From positions 242,956 through 306,955 of the forward strand of contig NIVC01000405.1 of the NCBI GenBank assembly GCA_002269645.1: a DNA stretch of 64,000 nt. Direction: 5' to 3'. This document shows positions 14,029 through 24,700 of this stretch, piece after piece. The position numbers and the translations under genes were made by a program. How positions within the stretch are numbered: position 1 is the stretch's first letter; every line of letters begins with the position of its first letter. This DNA is from Macrostomum lignano. Its lineage: Eukaryota. Under the pieces are notes generated by a model. The model was not told the DNA's origin. It did no database searches and saw only the letters and a list, made by a program, of their open reading frames with translations.

Positions 14029-17000
14029 ATGAAACGAAAAACAGTTAGTTTTAACATTTCCGAATTAACTTCAAAACTTCGATTGGAGACAAGAAAAACG
14101 CCGGGATTGGACACTCCAAAGACATCTGGATTAGAGACTCAGACGACGCCTGGATTAGAGACTCCAAAGACACCTGGATTAGAGACTCCAAAGACACCTG
14201 GATTAGAGACTCCAAAGACACCTGGATTAGAGACTCCAAAGACACCAGGATTAGAGACTCCAAAGACACCTGGATTAGAGACTCAGACGACGCCTGGATT
14301 AGAGACTCCAAAGACACCTGGATTAGAGACTCAGACGACGCCTGGATTAGAGACTCCAAAGACACCTGGATTAGAGACTCAGACGACGCCTGGATTAGAG
14401 ACTCCAAAGACACCTGGATTAGAGACTCAGACGACGCCTGGATTAGAGACTCCAAAGACACCTGGATTAGAGACTCCAAAGACGCCTGGATTAGAGACTC
14501 CAAAGACACCTGGATTAGAGACTCCAAAGACACCTGGATTAGAGACTCCAAAGACACCAGGATTAGAGACCCAAACGACACTTGGATTAGAGACCCAAAC
14601 GACACCCAAAACATTATTTGTACCTAAGCAAGATCGGCGATTCGGCGACAACCCAACGAGACGAAAATCCAGACGGCGACAATCGCGGTGTAGAAAAATA
14701 TTCAACAGATGCGCGACTTGCTGCTGTCAGCATAAGGTCGGCATTTTGACAGCCCTGACTCTGCTTTCAATGCTTCTGGGTTTAGCGTTCGGTTGGCTGG
14801 TTCGAGCTGCTCACCCAAGTCCACTGGCCGTTCTGCTGATCGGCTACCCAGGCGAACTGTTCATGCGGATGCTCAAGGTGCTGGTCCTGCGCGCTGGTTG
14901 TGTCCTCCTTGGTCGCAGGTTAGGCTCAAAGAACATCTGTTTTATTTTCTGATGCTGGCCAATAGTTTTCTCAATAGATCCACAGACACAATATCGAGAT
15001 CCTGAGACACAATATCGAGATCCTGAGACACAATATCTAGATCCACGGACACAATGCCTAGATCCTCAGACACAATATCCAGATCCTCAGACACAATATC
15101 GAGATCCCTAGATACAATATCCAGATCCTCAGACACAATATCCAGATCCCTAGACACAATATCCAGATCTTCAGACACAATATCCAGATCCTCAGACACA
15201 ATATCGAGATCCCTAGATACAATATCCAGATCCTCAGACACAATATCCAGATCCTCAGACACAATATCCAGATCCTCAGACTCAATATCCAGATCCTCAG
15301 ACACAATATCGAGATCCTGAGACATAATATCCAGATCCACGGACACAATGCCTAGATCCTCAGCCACAACATCCAGATTATCAAATACATCATCTAAGTA
15401 TTTAAAAGTTTATGCTTATAAGTTCGTAAGTAATAGGTGCATGCAGCTATAATTACTAAATCACCAGGATTGTGCAGTCTAAACACCAACAACTCAAGCA
15501 AACTAGGCGTGTTCACGCTGGTATACAGCTTCTTGACAAACTGGTCAGCTGTCCTGATTGGCATCCTGTTTGTCATGCTAATTAAGCCGGGAAATTCCCA
15601 AATTAAGCGACAATTGGACATTGGTGAATTTGGAATTCACAGTGGCTCTAATAGGACAATTTATCATATTTTTGACTTGTTTCGGTAAGGAATTTTTCCT
15701 GTGTAATATTCTTGTAATCACTTTTGGGCTGGTTCTAAATTACCGATTGCTTATGGGTGTGTGGGAGTGTCTATGGCCAGGATGTAGTGTGCGTGGGAGT
15801 TTCTATGGCCAGAATTTAGTGCGTGTGGGAGTGTCTATGGCCAGAATGTAGTGTGTGTGTGAGTGTCTATGGCCAGAATGTAGTGTGCGTGGGAGTGTCT
15901 ATGGCCAGAATTTAGTGCGTGTGGGAGTGTCTATGGCCAGAATGTAGTGTATGCGGGAGTGCCTATGGCCAGAATGTAGTGTATGCGGGAGTGTCTATGG
16001 CCAGAATGTAGTGTTGGGGGTGTCTATGGCCAGAATGTAGTGTATGTGGGAGTGTCTATGGCCAGGCCACATTGTGTGAGGGAGTGTCTATGGCCAAGTT
16101 AGCTCGTATAGGTACTATGTGAAACTGGCTATGGTTAAGCTACAGACTGTGTCAGCCTTTTTAAAGCGATATCGTAACCCCATTTTAGTAATTTGTTCCC
16201 GGACAACATTATGGTTGCCACCTTTAATCTAGTGGAAACAAAATTGGTTAGCGAAAGTGACAATTCTTCTGAAGCTCGAAATAATTCTATTACTTCTATT
16301 ACTCGAAAGTTCAACAGCGTCTTCGCTCTGGACACAATGCTTGTTGGTAAAAGTGAAACTAATGTGTTGGGTGAGTGGTTCCAGTGGGAAAATATGACAA
16401 TGAAAATGTATTAATATTCATAAATTTACTAATTTTCTATTCAAGTTCCGGAATCTTTTAGGCATGCTGTGCATTTCGATAATATTTGCTCTAGTTGTGA
16501 AACAAATGGGCGACAGGGCGCAGCCAGTGATTGACCTGTTCAATATTCTTAACAATGTGGTGATGCGCTTCGTTAAAGTTATTATGTGGCAAGTGATTTG
16601 AAGTGCATGAAGGGAAGGGAGTGAAGGGAAGCGAGTGAAGTGAAGGGAGTGAAGGGAAGGGAGTGAATGGAAGCGAGTGAAGTGAAGGGAGTGAAGGGAA
16701 GGGAGTGAAGTGAAGGGAGTGAAGGGAAGGGAGTGAAAGGAGGGAGTGAAGGGAAAGGAGTGAATGGAGGGGTGAAGTGAAGGGAATTAAGGGAGGGGTG
16801 AAGGGAAGGGAGTGAAGTGATGAGTGAAAGGAAGGGAGTGAAGTTAAGAGAGTGAAAGGAAGGGAGTGAAGTTAAGAGAGTGAAGGAAGGGAGTGAAGTT
16901 AAGAGAGTGAAGGAAGGGAGTGAAGTTAAGAGAGTGAAAGGAAGGGAGTGAAGTTAAGAGAGTGAAAGGAAGGGAGTGAAGTTAAGAGAGTGAAGGAAGG

Positions 17001-19905
17001 GAGTGAAATAAGTGAGTGCAAGGATGGGAGTGGAGGGAGGGAGTGAAGGGAAGGAAGTGAAGTTAAGGGAGTGAAGGGAAGGGAGTAAAAGAAGTGAGTG
17101 AAAGGATGGGAGTGGAGGGAGGGAGTGAAGGGAAGGGAGTGAAGTTAAGGGAGTGAAGGGAAGGGAGTGAAAGAAGTGAGTGAAAGGATGGGAGTGGAGG
17201 GAGGGAGTGAAGGGAAGGGAGTGAAGTTAAGGGAGTGAAGGGAAGGGAGTGAAAGAAGTGAGTGAAAGGATGGGAGTGGAGGGAGGGAGTGAAGGGAAGG
17301 GAGTGACAGAAGAGAGTGACGCTAAACATCGAGCGTTGCTTTATTTTTCTTCAAAAAAAATTTTGATCAGGTGCTCGCCAATAGGAATTTTCTCCCTAAT
17401 TGGGAAGCAAGCTATTCAAATGGACGATCCAGGTGTCACACTCCGCAGCCTGGGTCTGTACTGTGCCACTGTATCAGTTGGGCTCTTCACGCACTCCTGC
17501 CTAGTGCAGGCTGTGTCCTACTTTGTCCTGGCTAGAAGCAACCCATTCAAGTTCTTTCGCGGCATCTTCCAAGCCTATATAACCGCTCTGGGCACGGCTT
17601 CGTCTGCCGCCACCCTTCCGATCACCTCCCGCTGTCTGGAGGAGAACAACGGCATTGAAAGGAAAATATCCCGGTTCGTGCTGCCCATCGGAGTCACTGT
17701 GAACATGAACGGAACTGCGCTGTATCTGGCGGCAGCGACGATATTCATCGCTCAGGTTAACGAGGTGCCCCTTGGCGCGCTTGAAATCGTAGCCGTCAGG
17801 TTCGTTGGCGATTGGGGGGCCCTGTTTGAGGCGCAGATAAGTAGAATAACTAGATGGGCCACTCAGCACATTTGCGTGTAAGCTACTTTCAGTTCAGTAG
17901 TAAGTTAAACTGAAGCATTTTAATGTAATCTTAAAGCCACGGCTAATTTTATTGGCTCTTACCTTCAGCTTAAACCCTCAACCGCGCCTTTCCATTCCAT
18001 TCCACCCACTCCCGCCCCGCCCCAATTTTTATTGCCTTTCTCTCGGAATTCCACCCTAAAGCGGCCATGTACATTTCAGTTGGACTGGCCAATGTACATT
18101 ATTGCTGAACCAATTAGCAAGCTTTTTGAGCTTCTGAACTTATCAAAGGCATTTTTAGCTGCCTTTATTTTTATAAAATAGCTTATGCATTCCTCTTTGT
18201 TATGAATTCCTCTTTGCTGGTGAACTGAAAATGCTGTTTTACTAAGTATACATGCCTGAGTTGCCTATCTAGTTATTCTAGTATCTGTGGTTTGCGGTGG
18301 GTGGGGATGGGGGTTAGGCGGAAAAAGTTTCCGTGGAGGAAGGGAAAGTAGGAAAGGAGCTGGGGAAGGACTGAAAAATAAGTAAGCTGTCGAGAGGAAA
18401 ATGGAAGAAAGTGTGATAAAAAGGGAGAAAAATTGAAAAAAGGGAAAAGGGGAGAAAGGGGGAGAAAAGGGGAGAAAGGGGGAGAAAAGGGGAGCAAAGG
18501 GGAGCAAAGGGGAGAAAAGGGGAGAAAAGGGGAGAAAAAGGAGAAAGGGGGAGAAAATGGGAGAAAAGGGGAGAAAAGGGGAGAAAAGGGGAGAAAAGGG
18601 GAGAAAATGGGAGAAAAGGGGAGAAAATGGGAGGAAAGGGGAGAAAAGGGGAGAAAAGGGGAGAAAAGGGGAGAAAAGGGGAGAAAAGGGGAGAAAAAGG
18701 AGAAAGGGGGAGAAAATGGGAGAAAAGGGGAGAAAAGAGAAGAAAAGGGGAGAAAAGGGGAGAAAATTGGAGAAAAAGGAGAAACGGGGAGAAAAAGGGA
18801 GAAAAGGGAGAAAAGGGAGAAAAGGGGAGAAAAGGGGAGAAAAGGGGAGAAAAGGGGAGAAAAGGGGAGAAAAGGGGAGAAAAGGGGAGAAACTGGGAGA
18901 AAAGGGGAGAAAATGGGAGAAAAGGGGAGAAAAGGGGAGAAAAGGGGAGAAAAGGGGAGAAAAAGGAGAAAGGGGGAGAAAAGGTGAGAAAAGGGGAGAA
19001 AAGGGGAGAAAAGGGGAGAAAAAGGAGAAACGGGGAGAAAAAGGGAGAAAAGGGAGAAAAGGGAGAAAAGGGAGAAAAGGGAGAAAAGGGAGAAAAATGG
19101 AGAAAATGGGAGAAAAGGGGAGAAGAGGGAACAGACAGAAGGGGAAAAAGAATAATAGAAGGAATTACCTGAAGAGGATGTGATGAATGAAGAAATGCTT
19201 CAATTTTAATCTTAATCACCTGCTTCAGCCTGATGGCTACCCTGGCAGCAATTGGCACAGCCGGGTTGCCTGGCGGAGCTCTGGCCACTATTTCGATGGT
19301 GGTGTCAGCTCTCGGCCTCCCAATTGACGATACCACGCTGATAGCAAAGGTCGACTGGCTGCTGTAAGCTGCCTGATTGTGCAGTCTGCTTCAAAATTTG
19401 ACGCTTTTAGTACACAGCTGCTAACACTCGTAACCCTGACTGACACTAGCTATTGACATTGGTGTTAGAGCTACTGACACTACAGAGCTACTGACACTAC
19501 AGAGCTACAGACATTATAGAGCTACAGACATTATAGAGCTACTGACACTACAGAGCTACTGACACTATAGAGCTACTGACACTACAGAGCTACTGACACT
19601 ACAGAGCTACTGACACTACAGAGCTACTGACACTACAGAGCTACTGACACTACAGAGCTACTGACACTACAGAGCTACTGACACTACAGAGCTACTGACA
19701 CTACAGAGCTACTGACACTACAGAGCTACTGAGTATTGTAAGAGTTTTTACTGCAGGTACAATAGGAATTCCTTAAATTTCAAAACTGACACTTTGCAGC
19801 GATCATCAGCGCACCGCGGTCAACATTCTGGGTGACGGATTCTGCGCCGGCATTCTGAACAACATGAACCGCAGAGCGGCTGCGCAGGCGTCGCCAAGGT
19901 CGTGA
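14029..19905 (+). CDS. SLC1A: Divergent SLC1A-family transporter (paralog 3), with one apparent +1 frameshift at ~14890
   Basis: Exons 14029-14918, 15468-15684, 16189-16370, 16462-16588 (GC donor), 17371-17799, 19229-19363, 19800-19905. Exons 4-6 have the same lengths as in paralog 2 (127, 429, 135 nt). Motifs: GYPGELFMRMLK, NLFPDNI, TASSAATLP, NMNGTALYLA, IGTAGLPGG, DWLLDHQRTAVNILGDG. Confidence 0.88.
14101..14610 (+). repeat. 24-bp in-frame repeat (PGLETPKT/PGLETQTT) in the first exon, or a cryptic intron, of paralog 3
   Basis: About 21 units with an open frame throughout. Confidence 0.92.
14988..15375. repeat. 21-bp minisatellite (CAGACACAATATCCAGATCCT) in paralog 3 intron 1
   Basis: About 18 copies. 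Confidence 0.92.
15755..16097. repeat. ~32-bp minisatellite (GTGTCTATGGCCAGAATGTAGTGTGCGTGGGA) in paralog 3 intron 2
   Basis: About 10 copies. Confidence 0.9.
16600..17312. repeat. Purine-rich GAAGGGAGT-type repeat in paralog 3 intron 4 (the GC-AG intron)
   Basis: About 700 nt, almost free of C. Confidence 0.9.
18415..19150. repeat. Polypurine 10-bp repeat (AAAGGGGAGA) in paralog 3 intron 5
   Basis: About 70 units; source of the spurious GEKGRKGEKR and FSPFLP ORFs. Confidence 0.92.
19470..19730. repeat. 17-bp minisatellite (CTACTGACACTACAGAG) in paralog 3 intron 6
   Basis: About 15 copies. Confidence 0.92.
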
Positions 19906-19971
19906 AATCGCCGATCAAGGGAGCCCATTTTGCCGATTGAAAGCTGCATTTCCCTGGAAGCTGGTTTGAAG

Positions 19972-20240
19972 GTAAATACCTGCCTAATTAAAGTACCAAC
20001 ACACTATTGTATCGTGCGTAGGGTATGTGGTAGGGTACCAACACCTGTCTAATTAGGGTACCAACACGCAATTATATGGTAAACACCTGTCTAATTAGGG
20101 TACCAACACGCAATTATATGGTAAACACCTGTCTAATTAGGGTACCAACACGCAATTATATGGCAAACACCTGGCTAATTAGGGTACCAACACGCTATTA
20201 TATCATAAACACCTGGCTAATTAGGGTACCAACACGCAAG
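19972..20240. repeat. 42-bp tandem repeat (GGTAAACACCTGTCTAATTAGGGTACCAACACGCAATTATAT) just 3' of paralog 3
   Basis: About 5-6 copies, the outer ones diverged. Confidence 0.85.
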
Positions 20241-21289
20241 GACCATAAGGACCTGGAAAATTACGGAACAAACTCACAATTATGAGCTTTGCAGTTGCAG
20301 GTGAAATAGTTTTGAAATTTGCATAAATACTTAAGATTAAACCCTTTTGAAGACCATTGTAAATGTTTTTCCTAACCGTAATTATTTTTTTCAGTTCCGA
20401 AAATCAACGAGTAATTAAGACTAACGAAATAAAAACTTAACTGACAAAAGCTTGTATCCATGGTATCTAAACTTATAACAAATATGCCACTTATTTTTTA
20501 ATCTGTTTCAAGTTATTTTAAAGAAATTTTACAAATTTCTAGAGCTAATGTAGCTAAAATATAAACATTCAAGTCATCCATAAGAAATATTTGTTGGATA
20601 CTACTAATAGATCCGCATTTTTAGTAATAGGACGCGTTTTTTCTAGTTTATTTACATCGAAATAAAAACAAAACTTAGTTATAACTTTTTAAGTATTCAC
20701 TTTTAAGGGAATGTAGCGTCTAGCGTTCACCAATATTACTGCTACAATTTAAAATAACAAAGAAATTCAATGCGTAAAATACTTTAAAATTCCAAGATTA
20801 TCGCAAAAAGTTTAATTTTGCGGGGTTTGATAAAAAACACAAGAAATGTTTTACGTGACCTGAATGGGCAGGTTATTAACATATGCATGGGTTTTGTCAA
20901 TCAAATATTATCAATCATATATAGAGTATGACATCAAGCCACGTTATCAAAAAGCTACCATCAAGTAGTCATGATTCATTGGGAATAATCTTGCAAAATT
21001 ACTTGTGAACTGAAGACGAAGTACAAAGTAACTGTTTGGGTCAATAAAGTTAGTGAAATTCAAGAGAAAACATCTTAAATCAGTGACTGAAAACAACTTA
21101 ATGCCATCGCCTTCGACCTCGAGTGAAAAAGGTGTTTTATAAACCTCGTGCAAACAGGATTTTTAACCGGAGAAATTATTGTTTAACAGGTAAAATTTCC
21201 CGTTGTCCAGCCAGGTAAGTGCCTGACTGACCAACAGGTAAAACAACGGTTAGCCAAACAGGTAAGTAGTGCAGTTAAACCCCTGTCTA

Positions 21290-21695
21290 CAACAGGTAAA
21301 ACCTACTGGTAAAACCTACCGGTAAAACCTACCGGTAAAACCTACCGGTAAAACCTACCGGTAAAACCTACCGGTAAAACCTACCGGTAAAACCTACCGG
21401 TAAAACCTACCGGTAAAACCTACCGGTAAAACCTACCGGTAAAACCTACTGGTAAAACCCACCGGTGAAAGCTACCGGTAAAACCTACCGGTAAAACCTA
21501 CCGGTAAAACCTATCGGTAAAACCTACCGGTAAAACCCACCGGTGAAAGCTATAGGTAAAACCTACTGTTTAAACCTACATTTAAAATATAACGGTGAAA
21601 CCTATACAGGTAAAAACCACCGGTTAAACCTACAGGTTATACCCACCGGTGGTAAAACCTACAGGTAAAAACCACCAGTAAAACCTATAGGTTCA
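21290..21695. repeat. 13-bp minisatellite (GGTAAAACCTACC) 3' of the CCDC66 stop
   Basis: About 20 good copies plus degenerate flanks. Confidence 0.9.
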
Positions 21696-21788
21696 AACCC
21701 AATGATAAGCTCAATGATAACTGGTACCAACAATAAATATCATTCTTTAATCCCAGAATAAGATCAACAAGTCCCTTTAGTTTCAAAA

Positions 21789-24700
21789 TCAAGAAACGGA
21801 CAAAGAAGTTTCAATTTCTTTCTGCTTGTCCAACAGGCCCTGCCTAATGGTGGACAGCTGCAGCAGGATGGCGTCCTGACGGGACGTTGGCGAGTCCTTC
21901 ACCAGGCCCGGGTGGAAGATCGGGTCCTGCAGGGAGAAACATCGTAGAAAATACATCCAAATCGCTTAGTACTGCTAGACAGGTATATGGCCCCTTCTGG
22001 CGTCTATGAGAGTGAAAGCTGTATAAATGTACAGTAATATACAGGTAACAACAGTCTACAAGTAGCAAAATCTACACGCAGCAACAATCTACAGTTACGA
22101 ACAATCTACAGGTAACAATATACAGCTTGGTAGCAACAATCTACAGTCGGGTAGCAACAATCTACAGTCAGGTAGCAACAATCTACAGTCGGGTAGCAAC
22201 AATCTACAGTCAGGTAGCAACAATCTACAGTCGGGTAGCAACAATCTACAGTCAGGTAGCAACGATCTACAGTCGGGTAGCAATAATCTACAGTCGGGTA
22301 GCAACAATCTACAGTCGGGTAGCAACAATCTACAGTCGGGTAGCAACAATCTACAGTCGGGTAGCAACAATCTACAGTCGGGTAGCAACAATCTACAGTC
22401 AGGTAGCAACAATCTACAGTCGGGTAGCAACAATCTACAGTCGGGTAGCAACAACCTACAGTCAGGTAGCAACAATCTACAGTCGGGTAGCAACAATCTA
22501 CAGTCGGGTAGCAACAATCTACAGTCGGGTAGCAACAATCTACAGTCGGGTAGCAACAATCTACAGGTAGCAAACTGCAACATTCAGACCTGACCCATTG
22601 CGCTTACCTTGCCGCCCTTAGTCGGCTGTTCAACAACCGGCGGTTCCGGTCTCCTAGCAACCGGATCTGCATCGAACGCGTCCTCGAAATTGTCCATAGC
22701 AACGCCGTAGTGAGACGGATTCAGGCCGCGCATGTAGGCCCGGCGGGCGAGCTCCCGTGCGGTGGTCTCCCGGCTGATTGGCAGCGGCTTGCCCGCCGTG
22801 GCGGGGTTCAGCACCGCCGAGGTTCGAACCAGGCCGTGCCGATGCTGATAACCGGCGTCGAATTCGTCGTTTCCGACGTCGTTGTCGTCGAAAGTGGCTT
22901 CGTATTGAACGGCTGGCTGCGGCGGCGCCGCTCGCGGAGGCGACGGGGAGTCGCGGCGAGTCTGCGGGATTTGTGGATTTTTTGGGAGTGATGAAGAAGG
23001 AATTTGGATTGGTCTGGGAGAGTGGGTGTCTGGGAGAGTGGGTGTCTGGGAGAGTGGGGTGTCTGGGAGAGTGGGGTGTCTGGGAGAGTGGGTGTCTGTG
23101 AGAGTGGGGTGTCTGGGAGAGTGGGGTGTCTGGGAGAGTGGGTGTCTGTGAGAGTGGGGTGTCTGGGAGAGTGGGGTGTCTGGGAGAGTGGGGTGTCTGG
23201 GAGAGTGGGGTGTCTGGGAGAGTGGGGTGTCTGGGAGAGTGGGGTGTTTGAAAGGGTTAGAGTCCCGCAATAGCGCTTCGCAAAAGACCGACAAGGGACA
23301 GTGCATGGATCTAATTAACTTTTACTTTGCTCTGTGCTCTCATATTATAGCAACCTAGTTCATTATAAAAACACTATATTGAGTATAGATTTAGGCAGTA
23401 AATTTCGACAATAAAAATCAGTATACTTATATTATTGACAGATTAACAACACGGAGAATTTTATTGATTGTCATTTTCTCGTCTGCAGATCAACGGAGGA
23501 GAATATGAGAGAGGATTAAGAGATTAAACAGCGAACCCTTTTTTACCTAGGCAGCAGTATTAACAAACTAATCCAGTTATGTCACAGAGAGGACAGACAC
23601 ATCCCCAGCCTGCCGAACATTGCAAACATCAATTTCCTAAGTGGTGCAGGGTTCAGCGGAACTGGATAAATTTGAGTAGGAAATTCCACTCATTGGAGCT
23701 TCCATTGCTACCAGAATTAGATATACAACTGACTCTCTGAGACAGATGCTTGAGCAATAATATTATTACGAGTATGAAATGCGTAATATAATGTACATGT
23801 AGAGACTGTCTGGCAGGCCTGCAGACCAATAGAGGGCAGCGAATGTGGCTTCTGATTTGCTGTACTGATGCCTGTACTTATTTGTGTCTGCTGTATCCAT
23901 CATGCTGTATGCTTCAGCCTGCATGCTATCCCATATCCTTTATTCTGTATCCTGTATTCTGCATCCTTTATTCTGTATCCTGTATTCTGCATCCTGTATT
24001 CTGCATCCTGTATTCTGCATCCTGTATTCTGCATCCTGTATTCTGCATCCTGTATTCTGCATCTTGGATTCTGCATCCTGTATTCTGTATCCTGTATTCT
24101 GCATCCTTTATTCTGTATCCTATATTCTGCATCCTGTATTCTGCATCCTGCATTCTGCATCCTGTAATCTGCATCCTGTATTCTGTATTTCTGTATTCTG
24201 CATCCTGTATTCTGCATCCTGTATTCTGCATCCTGTATTCTGCATCCTGTATTCTGCATCCTGTATTCTGCATCCTGTATTCTGCATCCTGTATTCTGCA
24301 CCCTGTATTCCCTATTTCTCTATTCTGTATTCTGTAATTCTACATGCTGTATTTTGCATCCTGTATTCTGCATCCTGTATTCTGCATCCTGTATTCTGCA
24401 TCCTGTATTCTGCATCCTGTATTCTGCATCCTGTATTCTGCATCCTGTATTCTGCATCTTGGATTCTGCATCCTGTATTCTGTATCCTGTATTCTGCATC
24501 CTTTATTCTGTATCCTATATTCTGCATCCTGTATTCTGCATCCTGCATTCTGCATCCTGCATTCTGCATCCTGTATTCTGCATCCTGTATTCTGTATTTC
24601 TGTATTCTGCATCCTGTATTCTGCATCCTGTATTCTGCATCCTGTATTCTGCATCCTGTATTCTGCACCCTGTATTCCCTATTTCTCTATTCTGTATTCT

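Noticed and set aside
18265-19336. Collagen-like or Lys/Gly-rich ORFs (GEKGRKGEKR)n and (FSPFLP)n
   Set aside because: Polypurine 10-mer inside SLC1A-3 intron 5; not Gly-X-Y periodic.
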